A stretch of DNA of 64,000 bases from Isurus oxyrinchus (lineage: Eukaryota). Below the pieces are notes generated by a model that saw nothing but the letters and a program-made list of their open reading frames with translations, had not been told where the DNA came from and did no database searches. The translations under genes and the position numbers were made by a program. Below, piece by piece: positions 1 to 12,575 of the stretch; the first letter of the stretch is position 1; every line of letters starts with the position of its first letter. The stretch is from the NCBI GenBank assembly GCA_026770705.1, contig JANJGN010000021.1, forward strand, positions 90,024,001-90,088,000, read 5' to 3'.

Positions 1-890
1 TTTTGGGTGGATGGCAGTTCTACAGCTGTATTGGAACAGTGGGCTAGGGGCAACACTAGTTCTGCAGCACACGCCATCAATGCTTTAACCAGAACATTTT
101 TGGGATCCATAGCTTTTGCAGTATCCACTATTAATTTCTCTTTGAGGATGGTTGCAAATGCTTTAGCTTTGCGTTTTGCACTGATATTCTGTGCTCTACC
201 ATCATTGAGCATGGGAATATTTGTGAAGCCTCCTCCTCCTGTTAGCTGGCCACCACCATTCATGACTGGATATGATAGGTTACATGAACGTCAATCTGAT
301 CTGCTGTTCATGGTATCACTTGGCTCTAATTAATGCATACTGCTTCTGCTGTTGGCCTGAAAGTATTACTGTGCTGTAGCTACATCAGGTTGACACATCA
401 TTCCTAACTATGTCCAATGCTGCTCTTGGTAAGTCCCCGCAACTTCCCATAACCTGCACTCTTTGTTGAACCAAAGTGGATCCCTTGGATTCACGTTAAT
501 GTAAAAGTGAGCCAAATGCAGTGCTCTGATATTTCAGGTTGTCGTTGAATAGGATTCTGCTGCTGCTGATGACCCGGAGTGGAACATTCGCTGGGCCTTC
601 ATCTTCACGAGGCTTGTACCATACACTTACGCATACTGCCATAAACAGATGGATCTGCGACAGGTAGACTGGTTGAAACAAAACCTAGTATGTTTTTCCC
701 TCGTGATGGTTTCTTCACTACCTACCGCAGGCTCAGCCTTTCAGGTATGCATTTAAAGACCCAGCCAGTTCGATACATAGTGATCCCTTTGAGACACTCA
801 TGCTGGTGTACAATCAAGTATCCCATCCGGAGTGGATTGCAAGCCCTTGCTACCTTCAATAATTTGGCTAAGCGATGCTCAAAATATTTG
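1..890 (-). mobile_element. Decayed LINE fragment, CR1-group 'family B' (endonuclease-to-RT linker region)
   Basis: Aligns by eye with the minus-strand copy at 43130-44300 (e.g. tctgctgctgctgatgaccc vs tctactgctgctgatggccc; ctgcgacaggtagactggttga vs ctgctgcaggtagattgttga) and in reverse with the TCAPDLATPLTKLFQYSY region at ~56490-56550. Confidence 0.75.
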
Positions 891-997
891 CTTGCATGGC
901 TATCCTTGTGGGAGCAACTATGCCCTGGTATGAAAAATAATTTTCATGAAAAAAGCCTGGAATATTTAGGATATATTTGGTAACTGCTTTTCTACAG

Positions 998-1104
998 CCA
1001 TCGTGGCTGAGCCGGTACAGTATTCAGTCATCAGACATGATGAATTAGAAGGATTAAATCCCCTGCAACAGCGGCAGACATTTCACTTCTGTTGTGTGGC
1101 ATAA
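998..1104 (+). CDS. Candidate terminal coding exon (phase-1 acceptor): xIVAEPVQYSVIRHDELEGLNPLQQRQTFHFCCVA*, ITIM-like VQYSVI
   Basis: Acceptor ctgcttttctacag| at 997, open frame to TAA 1102-1104, AATAAA at 1243-1248, lies outside recognisable repeats. No transcript evidence. Confidence 0.35.
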
Positions 1105-1439
1105 TCTGTCTGGAAGACACACATGGCGCAAATTGACAATGTACTTAAAGCTGCCGGCGCTGCAATCTATCAATATATAAAGCATGTGGTTTCATCTTTT
1201 CAAAGTATTTCTGATCAGTCGGTTTTATGCGTGGTCCTTCGGAATAAATGGCGTTCTGCAAACCAGGTGGAGGCAATTATGCTGTTTGGAGGTAGATTAA
1301 TGTGAAATCTCGTTTACGAAATGAGGCGGTGTGTTGGTTTTAAGACTCACAATCCACAGACGCTGTGTAGACATTATTTAAGTGGTTCTGATGCTCATGG
1401 TGAAATATGATGTTGTGGCGGCAAGAATGCATGGTTTAG

Positions 1440-2304
1440 AAAAGAGCTACATTTGGCACCTTATATTCGTCAATACAGGTGTTCAGGAAGGTTAAGGAAT
1501 GAAAGAAAGGAGGAAGTGTTGCCGAATTAATGAAGGAAAACATTACATTTCTGTTAGTAGCAGTTATCCTACAGGGGTCAAGGACAGGTGTTAGCGCTTA
1601 GATATACTAAACAGTAGAGGTACCGTTAAATTCATGGTTTAATACTGTAGGCCACTACCTAGTAGGAATAGACATAGAGGAACATATCTCCGAGGAAAAT
1701 ACAGAAATATTTTAATTATATTGCTATAATGGGGATTTAATGATATAATATAGACTGGGATGTTAATAGTGTCCGGGCAGACATGGGCAATAATTTCTAG
1801 AGTATGTTTAGGAGAATTTTCGACATATATTTGTTTCCAATCCTATGAGGAAAGAAATCTTGTTGGTTGCAGTTCTCGTGAATGAGGTTGGCAAAGTAAA
1901 TCTTCTACTGAGAGTGTCATAAGGTTCAGGTTGGCTACGATAAATACGGCAAGCCACAACTCTGAAACAAAAATGATAAATAATTGAGGCAGTGGCAAAC
2001 TCGATACGCTAAATTGGTCACTTTCAAGTTGACAAACTCTATGTAGTAATATGCCCCAGGGATTAGCCCTAATCCGAAGAAATTAGTTTAGAAGATTGAC
2101 AGGCAATTGGACTGAAACCTCTAAGGCTCTGAGGGGGATTTGAAATGAAAGATAGTGAGGGGATGTTGCTTTTCCTAGAGGAAAATAAAACTAAGTGGCA
2201 CAGTTTAAAAATAAGGCATCTCTCATTTAAGTCTCTCAATGCGTCAATAAACTTTGAAATTCCCTATCCCAGATGGTATTGGAAGAGAAGCAATTGAATA
2301 AGTT
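1440..2304 (+). mobile_element. Decayed CR1 LINE (endonuclease fragment joined to 3' ORF2 fragment); its tail resumes at ~4040-4210 after the Penelope insertion
   Basis: Endonuclease-like segments (gtgttcaggaagg...aaaggaggaagtgttg; ataatggggatttaa...atagactggg) and 3' segment (cacagtttaaaaataagg) matching the CR1 copies at 12290 and 38560. Confidence 0.7.
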
Positions 2305-4035
2305 CAATGCGAAAAAAAACGGAATATGCTGGAAAAACTCAACAGGTCTGAAAACATCTGCGGAGTGAGGAGCAGTGCTAACGTTTCTAGTCTGTTTGAC
2401 CCCTCTTCAGAGCTGAAGAGAAGTGGAAATGTGATGCAATTTATGCAGTTTAAAGGGGGTGGGGGGAGGTGGGGGGAGGGTGGAGCAGGTGAAGCCGGAT
2501 CAAAGGCAAGCAAAAGGTCGGGACAAAGGAGTTGTTGACAAAGGTGTCATGAACTATAGGACAAAGGGAGTGTTAATGGTCATTGTTAGTGCGAAACAAA
2601 GTGCTGATAATAGCGTAAAGATAAGCAAGCAGAATGTGATAAAAAGAGAACAATGGTGGATTGTGAGAAGGAACAACATGGAACAAGTAACAGTTGGGCC
2701 TGTAGTGGATGGGTTGGGGAGGGGCGTTGATGGGGAAAAAGGAAAGAAAATGGGATGGAGGGTTAAAATAGGCTACAATGGGATATAACCATGGGCCAAT
2801 GAATGCAAACTAAAATAAAAATAAGTGGATAAAAAGTAAAAATAAATGTGGAAAAAAACAAGTAAAAAGGGGGTGAGGATGGAGGAGACAGTTCCTGGCC
2901 TGAAGTTGTTGAATTCAATGTTAAGTCCAGAAGGCTGTAAAGTGCCTAATCGGAAGACGAGGTGCTGTTCCTAAAATTTGCGTTGGGCTTCACTGAACAT
3001 TGCAGCAGGCCAAGGACGAACATATAGGTAAGAGGGCAGGATAGTATGTTGATATGTCAAATGACCGGAAGTCACCCTTGCTGACAGACTCCTCCTCCCT
3101 CCTCAAAGTCCAAGGACCAAAACATTCCCTTTAGGTGAAACAGTGCTTCACTTGCATCTCCTTCACCATGGCCTACTGCATCTGCTGTTCCCAGTGTGAT
3201 ATCCTTTACCCTGTGGAAACCAAAGGCAACTGGGTGACTGCTTTGCAGAACACCTCCGGTTTGTCCACAAGCATGATGAATTCTGGCCGCTTGCCATTTT
3301 AACACACCATCCTGCCCTTGTGCCCACATGTCCGTCCTTGGCCGGCTGCCATGTTCTAGTGAAACCCAAAGGAATCTGGAGGAACAACACCTCAACTTCC
3401 AGCCAGGCATTTTGCAGCCTTCAGACTTAACATTGAGTTCAACAACTTCAGGCCATGAACCCTCTCCTCCATCCCAACCCTTACCCTTTTGATCCATTTT
3501 TCCTTTATTCATTTTTTCTTTTTATCCACAGTTTTACTTTCAGTTGTATTCATTTATCCATGGCTGCAGCCAATTTGTTATCCCGCTTTGTATCCCATTT
3601 TTGATCCTTTTTTCCCCACCACTGCTCATCTCATCGCATCCCCGAAAGGGCCATGAGTTATGTGTTTCATGTTATTCCTTCACACAGTTCACCGTTGTTC
3701 TGCTATTACCACATTCTGCTTTCTTATCTTGATGGCACTCTCAGCAGGTTGTTTAGCGCTAACCACTACTATTAACACTCCCTTTGCCCTTTGGTTCATG
3801 ACATCTTTGTCAATCCCTCCTTTGTCCCCACCTATCGCTGACGTTGTATCCAGCTTCACCTGCTCTACCCCTCTTAAACAGTCTAAATGTAATCACATTT
3901 CTGCTTTTCTTCAGCTCTGAAGAGGGGGTCATACAGATTCCAAACGCTAACTATGTTCCTCTCTCCACAGATGCTGTCTGACCTGCTCAGTTTTTCCAGC
4001 ATTTTCTGTTTTTGTTTCTGATGTCCAGCATCCGC
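2305..4035. mobile_element. Penelope-like element relic in inverted (fold-back) arrangement, with GIY-YIG endonuclease fragment
   Basis: 2305-3070 is the reverse complement of ~3270-4000. From ~3135 the + strand reads VKQCFTCISFTMAYCICCSQCDILYPVETK, later LEEQHLNFQPGILQPSDL, typical of the C-terminal GIY-YIG region of vertebrate Penelope-like elements. Confidence 0.8.
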
Positions 4036-4512
4036 AGTACTTTGATTTTATCTTAACTTTGGATTAGAACTTTGGCAGACATTTGATTTAAAACGCAGTC
4101 AAAGGTTTTTTTTAGATAGGCAGGCGATTAATGATCAGAGTGTAATGCGTCCATCTAAGAACTTACAGAATAGTGGAGCTAGCTTGAGGCACCAAATATT
4201 TATGTTCCTAAAAAGGCAATCATATTAGTCCGATGAAAATTGAAATCAAAGAATGGCAGGCAAACTAGAGCGGAATATTGGCTGTCCTTAAAAAGAAGAT
4301 AAATTGAGTATAGCCAAGGTACAAACCAACAATGCAGGAAGGTGGAGCATGCAAATCCAATGCTCCTTGGATGCTGAGTTTGGTGGACACTAATATGAGG
4401 CACAAAATGTGTGTATATGACAGCGGTCATGCGAATAAGACAGTTCTGAACCAGGTTAAATATAAAGGATTCAGATGGAATCTGTAAACAAAAATGAAGC
4501 AAAGAGAGACAA

Positions 4513-5345
4513 AGGGCACAATTTCACGTTTCTCTGCTGGCAGGCTTGTAGGCGGGGGATGAGCGCTAAATTTGACAGATTGCATTCCTGACTGCTTGCG
4601 GCCCACCCCGACTTGTCCACAATTTTACGCTGGTGTGGGCGGGGCTTGCCCTTGCACCAATTAAGGTTCTTAAGTATTTGCCACTTCAGGAACTTCGGAC
4701 AGGATGGGTGAGATCGAATTTGTTGCGGGTGTGGGAGGGGAGCGGGGTGTGGGATGTTGGGGGCCGTATAGGGCGCTTCCATCAGCAGCTTTCACTTAAC
4801 ATTGCCCATGCCAAAAAAAAACTGACCCTTGTGCGGGTACTTCTCACGCCCCGCCTCTCAACACTCACCAGCAGTTCGACAGACACCCAAACACCCCTCT
4901 GTCTGCCTCTTTAGTTCTCATCGACCCTCCCCACCCTGAGACCACCGAAACATACCTGTTACTGGTCTCCCGGACATAGGCTCTGGGGACTGCTTGCAGT
5001 TCTAGTCCTGGCCACAGTAGCTTCAGGAGCTGCAGGTACTCGAAAGCTGCTAGCCAATCCGATTCGCAGGCAGTTTTATGAGGTGTGACTTGCTCCGGAG
5101 TGAGGGATTGAATTTCATGCTGGCCGAATTTACAATCCGGCTGAATTCAATGGACTTTCAACTGATTTGCAGCATTTTACGGCCCCATCCACGCTGGGGC
5201 GCAAAATTCCATCGAGGGTAGGAAGTCTCGCCTGAAGTCAATTAAGCCTTGATAGAATGTTAAGTGGCTGCAGGCCAGGCAGTTTCGGCGGGGAGGTATT
5301 CTCACCTGACTCTTCGGATTGGGCCATCTGAAAAATCCTGGCCTA
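4513..5345. mobile_element. GC-rich non-autonomous element with short imperfect terminal inverted repeats; a ~110 bp mini-element is nested at ~5103-5220
   Basis: Ends gggcacaatttc...gaaaaatcctggcc. Internal caattaagg..cttaagt..ttgccactt motif is shared with 14018-14595 and 58225-58980. Confidence 0.5.
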
Positions 5346-5519
5346 TGCGAAGAACATGGTAGCTAACACATTTTGCAGGCACATAAACAGTTGGGAAAAA
5401 AAGAAGCAATGGTGATGATGCGGAATCTTAAGCTGAATATGCCTATTGTGGCAAAGGCATCGCTTAACTAAATGAATACTTTGAATAAATCTCCATCAGG
5501 TTAGAAAGTTCCTGTCCAA

Positions 5520-6160
5520 GAGGCAGTGTAAGAGATTGTAGTTGAAACATACGGTCAGCTAAAGTTGTTAAAGATATGTTATTAGATACACTGGCTGTAC
5601 TTTAATTTAACATGGCACAGGAACGGTTGAGATTCATCCTGGGATATGAGAGTAGAAAGATAAAAATTATGGAGGCACTGGCCATAATTTTCCAATCATC
5701 CTTCGATGCAACAGTACAGAGTATTGGATAATTGCCAATGTTACTCTCTTGTTGAAGAACTGGTGTAAAAACATAGCCAGTAGCTACAGGCAAGTCAATT
5801 TTACGTCATTGGTGAGCGAACTTTTGGAGGCGATAATTTGGGACAAAATCGGGTAAATGTGGATCAATTACTGAAAGCCATGACGTATTTGTTAAGGGCA
5901 TATCATGCTTAACTAACTTAGCTGAGAATTTTGATGAAGTATAGGAGAGAGGTTATGAGGTTAATGCAGCTGATATGATTTGCATGGCGTTGAAAAGGGC
6001 AAGTGAGTTGGTCAATTATCGAAAGAGAAAATATTTGCAGGGCTACAGGAGAAAAACTTGTTAATGGGACAAGATTATTTGCTTCTGCAGTGAGCTAGTG
6101 CGGAGTAGGCTGGTTGAATGGCCTCCTTCTGCCTTGTGGGAATCCTATGCTTCTCTTATT
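5520..6160 (+). mobile_element. Decayed CR1 LINE fragment (RT N-terminal part plus 3' tail)
   Basis: gagattcatcctggg..., gcactggccataattttccaatc, agctacaggcaagtcaat (NYRPVSL-type motif), 3' tail gaatggcctccttctg. Confidence 0.75.
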
Positions 6161-6199
6161 CTCACTTTTGCAATCCATACCCGTAACTTAATGCTTTGC

Positions 6200-7055
6200 A
6201 CCTGGCAAGATTTCAGGGGATCTGAATTGCATTCATTCGGTTGGAGTCATGCTTGGCACAAAGGAACATGGCTGTTGGAGGTCAGTCATCTCAGCTCCAG
6301 GACATCAAGAGTTCCTCAGGGTAGTGCCCTCGGCCCAACCATCTTCAGCTGCTTCATTAATAACCTTTGTTCCATCATAGGTTCACAAGTGGGGATGTTC
6401 GCTGATGATTGCACAGTGTTCAGCAGTATTCATGACTCCTCAGATACTGAAGCAGTCCGTGTTGAAATGCAGCAAGACCTGGACAATATTCAGGCTTAGA
6501 CTGACAAGAGGTCTGTAACATATGCATCACCCAAGTGCAAGGTAATGACGATCTCCAACAAGAGAGAATGTAACCATCTCCCTTGACGTTCAATGGCATT
6601 ACCATCACTGAATCCACTAAAATAAACATTTTGCGGGTTACCATTGGCCAGAATCTGAACCACACAGCCTGTCCACCACCTACAAGGCACACGTTAGGAG
6701 TATGATGGAATACTCCCCACTTGCCTGGGTGAGTGTAGCTCCAACAATACCCCTAGGCCGCGCCTTTCAAACCCAAGACCACTACCATCTAGAAGGATGA
6801 GGGCAGCAAATAAATGGGGACTTCACTGCCTGTAAGTTCTCCTGCAAGTCACTCACCATCCTGACATGGAAATTTATCACTGTTCCTTCACTGTCGCTGA
6901 GTGAAAATCCTCGAAGTCCCTTCCGAACAGCACTGTGGGCATACCTACACCACATGTACTGCAGCGGTTCAAGAAGGCAGCTCACCACATTCCGAAAGCG
7001 AGCTTGAATGGGCAATGAATATTGTCCCAGCCAGCAAGTCCACGATCTGTGAATT
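6200..7055 (+). mobile_element. Family-B LINE 3' fragment (RT core and tail)
   Basis: ORF 6098-6499 contains VPQGSALGPTIFSCFINNL and MFADD RT motifs. Tail gcggttcaagaaggcagctcaccac matches 57880-57900. Confidence 0.85.
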
Positions 7056-8765
7056 AATAATTCACAGAGGTAACTCTGCTTTCTGTAATCGTGCTTCAAA
7101 GCAATCTACTCATTTTTCAGCCGTAATATTAGTCTATCAATCTTGCATGATTGAACCTCATCAGTTGCCTTTGAGACATCTATTTTGGACCATACATGTT
7201 AGTTACAAGCAACCTGTTTAGAATATTTAGTTAACTTATTGTAAAATGCAATTTGTTTGGTTAGATTTGACGAAACCTTACAGTCCATATGGGCTCTGCT
7301 GACTCAACCTAAACATTCTCAAAGTACTCGGTACCCTATCCTTATTTCTAAATGCAAAAACCTGCTCACAATAAATGTTAGACTACCAGGTCCATAAATT
7401 CTTGATTTCTATCCAGAGTGCTCATAAATAATAATATTATATCTGCAATTATTTACCCAATCTAAAGCTATAATTCCTGAATTCGGGCATCTTTACCTAA
7501 GTTGGCTATGGTTTTGCAATATTTTTTCGATAACTTCCTTTAAAAGACTGGGTGGAATTTAAAACACCTTTGCAATTTGTTAATCTTTCGTATTATAATT
7601 TTGCTTTGCTACTTTTTTCACTGCTATGGTAACATTGATGAGATCAAGTTATTGATTCACTATTAATGCCCGCTTTTTCCTCTTTTGCAATTACTGGTAC
7701 CAAGTAATTAATCGGCAATTTACTTTAGATATTCCTTCTTATTTCCCTTTGCATTATAAATCGTAGATATAGCAACGGACGGTTATCATGCTTTAATTGA
7801 CCTTCAAGTGAATGAACTGTAAGCCTTTTTGTGTTAATTCTGATTACTTTCGAAGTTTTGTTTCATTTTCCCGTTTCCTAACTCATTCTGTGTTTTATAC
7901 TACATTCGCTGTTTCTCACATTTATGTCAAACAGATGTATCGAAACTGTTTTCTTATGCTAATTAATGTTCCTTTTAAATGTTATGCGATTGATCCTACA
8001 CTTGTTTTTTGATCCTCGACTTGGTGACTTCAGGTGGTATTGCAAAGGGGAAGGTTAAGTTCTATCGTCAAATGGAATCTGTTCTTCAATGATGCATCAG
8101 TTTGAAAGTGCTCATGACCTAATTAAGTGCTGATTATAAAATACCATGTAAGATGAATCTGATTCTTTACTTCATAGCCCTTGATTTCTGTTCAGTTGTT
8201 TTATTTTCATTGTAACGGATCACATGTAGCCCAATGAAGTCGAATAAGTTATAACACCATACGAATCTGTCCCTATTCTACTGAAGACATTGAATGAATA
8301 TATGGAAATAACTACTTAAAAAGCACATCAAAGTAGAGTTTTGGCTCTTAAACGCTATGCAGACTGCTACTGGGAGAGGCAGCTTAATCACCCGCAATGT
8401 CTGGACCTTGTATTCACAGAGACACGTTATTTTTGGAGCTTCGACCTTGACCATGGACATGCTAATTTATAATTTAATACATTGTTAAGTGAAATAACCG
8501 AGAAAAGAGTCTTGTAGTTCAGTGCACAATGCGCTATCACCTGCTAATACATTTTATTAAATTAAGTAGAGATCTTAAACTTGCTATAAGCTAAGCATAA
8601 AACCATACTTTTACCGTTGCCTTATTAACTCAACCTTAAGCAAAATCACATGGGTTTGAGTTTTTGATCCAATTAGTCTTGCTGACCATCCTTCAAGTCA
8701 GGACCCATAGTATGAGCTATTAACCACATTAATCTGGAAGATTCTAGTGTCTCATGCTTCCTTAG

Positions 8766-8792
8766 ATTTCTGTAACCTCATTAAGTAAATAA
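8766..8792 (+). pseudogene. Candidate dead or poison 27-nt micro-exon (xFCNLIK*I)
   Basis: catgcttccttag|ATTTCTGTAACCTCATTAAGTAAATAA|gtaagt. 27 nt with in-frame TAA in phase 1; sits directly before a 36-nt exon, as 46327-46353 does. Confidence 0.3.
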
Positions 8793-8999
8793 GTAAGTTC
8801 AGAATTGAGGGTTTTTAGCGAACTTTTCGAGAATAGTTTTAATTGTGAATTAATCTGCGTTCAGATGAAATATCTATAATAGTGTGTCCACTACAACTTT
8901 AATTCATTACCAGGAGGCTTAGCTGTCTACATCAATCACCAACAGCTTAAACTATTCTGAAAAAAGACACGTTGAACACCCTGATTCTGTTTTTTTTAG

Positions 9000-9035
9000 A
9001 TATTGATAAAATTAAGGACAGACTGGCGATGAAAC
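9000..9035 (+). CDS. Micro-exon, 36 nt, phase 1-1: xIDKIKDRLAMK
   Basis: ctgattctgttttttttag|ATATTGATAAAATTAAGGACAGACTGGCGATGAAAC|gtgagt. Confidence 0.8.
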
Positions 9036-9739
9036 GTGAGTGAAAACGTACAATGGTATATTGTGTTTTGGAACTTGTGCTGAATACTTCAATCTATTCG
9101 CGGTAGTAACATACTATTGTTATCTCTGACATTGCTTATAACTTGTTATCTTCCTTTTAAATCTTTGATTTGTCTAGCTTTTGAAACATCACACGGCATT
9201 GGCTTACACAAGCTTTAGTGTTTACAATTGTCATAGCTATTATAATGACATATTATGTGTCCTTCTTATTGGCATCAATGCTATTTTGTCAATTGATCGT
9301 CTGCATTGAATTAACTAACATGTCCTTTTCATAAATTGAATCTTTTGTTTTTGTTGCCTTTTTCTGTATTTCAATTATTCATTTTATGTCCCTGCAACAT
9401 GGGGCAGCCAAATGTTCAAAGGCTTAACAGAAAACGTCAAAGTAACAGACACTTTAAAAATGATAGAACAGCTAATCTAGTACAGTGTGAAAGATTAATC
9501 ATAGTTGCACATTAATACAGCTGTGTTTCTTAATTATGTTTATATATTTTCCACAAAATTACAGATAATGCTAAAAAAAACAATTTGCAAAACGTAGTTG
9601 TGTAGTCGCAGAAAAGCACAAATGCATGTTAGTTACTTGAGCTCATGAAAACCTCCTTATATAACTATGTTAAATTAGGAAAGTGTACTTTAGTTCAGGC
9701 AGAATATTTTGCTGCATGAATCGATGATTGTAAATGATG

Positions 9740-10040
9740 GCTGCAGTCCAGGCACATGAGCAAACAACCTCAGATGGCACTTCAGTGTGGATAATGCCAT
9801 CTTTCACCTAAGAATTGTATAGAATCCCGTCTAATCTCACAATTAGACGGTAAGGTTCACATAGAAAAATTTGAAAATGATGACAGGACTTTTGTTGTGT
9901 CATGTCATGCACCTATTGATCAATAAATGTAAATTCAGTAGAATATGCAATCATTATTCTTAATGTTCCCTATTGGGTCTAGTGAGAAAATTAGAAGTCA
10001 CGCAACATTAAATTAAAACAGGTATTTCATTAGCAGTGCA
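9740..10040 (+). mobile_element. Highly decayed Deu-domain-type SINE (SacSINE1/AmnSINE1-like)
   Basis: tgccatctttca...cccgtcta..ctca...gacggtaagg...atttgaaaatgatgacagga...tcattattc...tatttcattagcagtgcagc follows the order of the Deu domain as I recall it. Heavily diverged. Confidence 0.45.
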
Positions 10041-10059
10041 GCATCATTCTTCAGTTGTA

Positions 10060-11240
10060 CATCATGTACAATTGAAGTGCAGAGCAAACACACATAGATC
10101 TGCTGCTGATGTCTTCATGATCCATACCCATGAATATCTCTTCTCATGCGCATAGTTTAAATAAATGAATACACAACGCGTTTACACAATCCCTTGTGAA
10201 TGATTGCACTTTAATGTCATTATAAAGCCATGACCTGTCACTCAACATGGTCAAACAGTATGGTAGCAAGGTTCAGTAAAGGCACGTCATGGTAAACAAT
10301 TTTAGATCGTGCTGCACCTCGACGTTTTGGTCAGATAGCAACAAATTCCCAGCCTCAGATAGTGTTGACATCGGAGCGCAGTGATGGCACAGAGAAGTTT
10401 TGAAAACTCAGGACGGAGATGTTGTTTAAGCAAAGATCTCGTAAGCAGATGGATCCTTCATGTGAGATTGCACGTCAGTTCCCTGAGTGGTAAAGTGCAT
10501 CGAGGAAAAGCACTGTGTTAGCTCAGTTGTTCAAGCCGTGTGTCCAGGGCGTGGATGGGATCGATTCAGAGCGAGGGAGAGTCAAACAAACGAAAAACAA
10601 GCCAAGCTGTCATATAAATCTGGATAGGCAAGGTTTTGATTATAAGGAGTGGCTTTTGGAATTCCTGAACAATTATTTGAATAAAACAAGGTGTAATGTG
10701 TAATGGACGTTACCAAAACATCCACAATATTCATCACTTTGAATTCGATACAGGCTCTTCTGAACCAGGGAAGCAAGCCATAAACATTCGCCTAACAATT
10801 GAGAATGAAGATCCACACATGGTGAATACGTCAAGATTAACAGAAGATTTAAAAGATCCCCAAAAGGCATAGGCTACATTGCGAGACAGGTTCAACATCA
10901 GGGCAATATTCTATATTCATCGACTAAAACTCATGTCATTTCGACAGCAATCTACAAAATCCATGGGCCACTTCGTCAGCAGATTCAGAGGCAGTGACTT
11001 CTTAAAGTCAGGGATAGCCGACAGAATTGCAGACTTAGTGAATACAATGGTGGCTACTCTTGAGGAGTTGCCAGAAAGATCTGCTAGACAAGCCCAAAAT
11101 GTGTAGCATTGAAGAGTTACACAAACATGAACTTAAATACGACAGGATTCTCGCAGGTTGAAAACGTTTATAGGTCCTAAGCAAACCCTCAATTGCTGAC
11201 GCTTTTAACTCGAACAGCAAACCCGAGGAAGGAATGGCCA
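10060..11240 (+). mobile_element. Gypsy-like LTR retrotransposon relic (LTR end, PBS-like tggtagca, gag fragment)
   Basis: ORF 10879-11106 RDRFNIRAIFYIHRLKLMSFRQQSTKSMGHFVSRFR resembles the Gypsy gag R-Q-x3-ES-x3-F-x2-R motif. tggtagcaag at 10261 lies downstream of an aataaa at ~10160. Confidence 0.5.
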
Positions 11241-11359
11241 TATGCGTGCACTGAATTTTCAACATTGTACAACATAAATCTCCAAGGCATGTGGTAGAAT
11301 AGGCTATTGGCAATGGGAGCGCTCTAGAACAATTCTGAAACAGACACAAGTATCCTTAC

Positions 11360-12575
11360 GTTGATTATGTGTGCTGTGGACAAAGGGAAACCGGTGGATG
11401 TACTGTACTTAGATTTCCAGAAGGCATTTGATAAAGTGCCACGTCAAAGGCCATTGCAGAAAACAAAAGCTCATGGTGTAGCGGGTATTATATTCACATG
11501 TATAGGTGATTGGCTAACTAACAGGAAGCAGGGAGTTGGCATAACTGGGTCTTTTTCTGGCTGGCAGGATGTGTCGAGTGGTGTATTGCGATCTGAACTT
11601 TTTACAATTTAGATGAATGACCTGGATGAAGGGACTGAAGGAATGGTTGCTAAATTTGCTGATGTCACAAAGATAGGTAGGAAAGTAAATTGTGAAGAAG
11701 ATGTATAGAGGCCACAGATTGACATAGGTAAGTTAGGTGAGTGGGCTAATGTCTGATAAATTAAGTAAAATGTGGGAAAACGTGAAATGGTTCATTTTAG
11801 CAAGAAGAATATAAAAGAAGCTTATTATCTAAATGGTGAGATATTGCAGCGCTCTAAGATTAAGAGGGATCTGGGTGTTCTAGTGCATTAATAACAAATT
11901 TTAGTATGCAGGTAAACAGGCAAATAGGAAAACTAATAAAATGTTACAATCTATTGTGAGGGTAATTGATTACCAAAGTAGGGAGGTTATGTGTCAGTTG
12001 TACAGGGCATTGGTGAGAATACATTCGGAATGTTGTGTACAGTTCCAATTTCGTTACTTAAAGAAATATGTAAATGCGTTAGAAGCAGTTCAGAGAAACC
12101 AGGAATTGTAAAACCAGGAATTGACGGGTTGTCCTATAAGGGAAGGCTGGACAGGTTATGCTTGTATACACTGGAACTTAGAAGGGTAAGGGACAACTTA
12201 ATTGAAACCTTTAAGGTTCTGAGGGATCTTGCCAGGGTGGGTGTGGAGAGGATGTGTCCTCTTATGGGAGAATCGAGAACTGTTTAAAATAAGCAGCCGC
12301 TCATTTAAGACATAACCCAGCTAATTTTTCACTCTCATTGCTTCGCAAGACTTTAGAAATCTCTTCCTCAGAAGGCAGTGGCAGCAGAGTCTTTGAATAT
12401 TTTTAAGGCACAGCTAGATAGATTATTGATTAAAAAGGGGGTGAAAACGTTATCGAGTGTAGGCAGGAATGTGGTGTTGAGGTTACATTCAGACCAGCTA
12501 TGATCTTATTGAATGGCGGAAAATGCTCGAGGGGTGGAATGTCATGTTCTGCTCCTGTTTCCAATGTCCCTATGT
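11360..12575 (+). mobile_element. 5'-truncated CR1 LINE (RT to 3' tail)
   Basis: ORF 11361 VDVLYLDFQKAFDKVP, KFAD motif at ~11652, LIETFK near the C-terminus, tail atgtccctatgtccc. Confidence 0.9.

Noticed and set aside
1479-1490. 12-nt exon-like GTGTTCAGGAAG
   Set aside because: Lies within CR1 endonuclease sequence; donor gttaag is poor.
9847-9849. 3-nt exon-like ag|ACG|gtaagg
   Set aside because: Inside a decayed SINE; weak pyrimidine tract.
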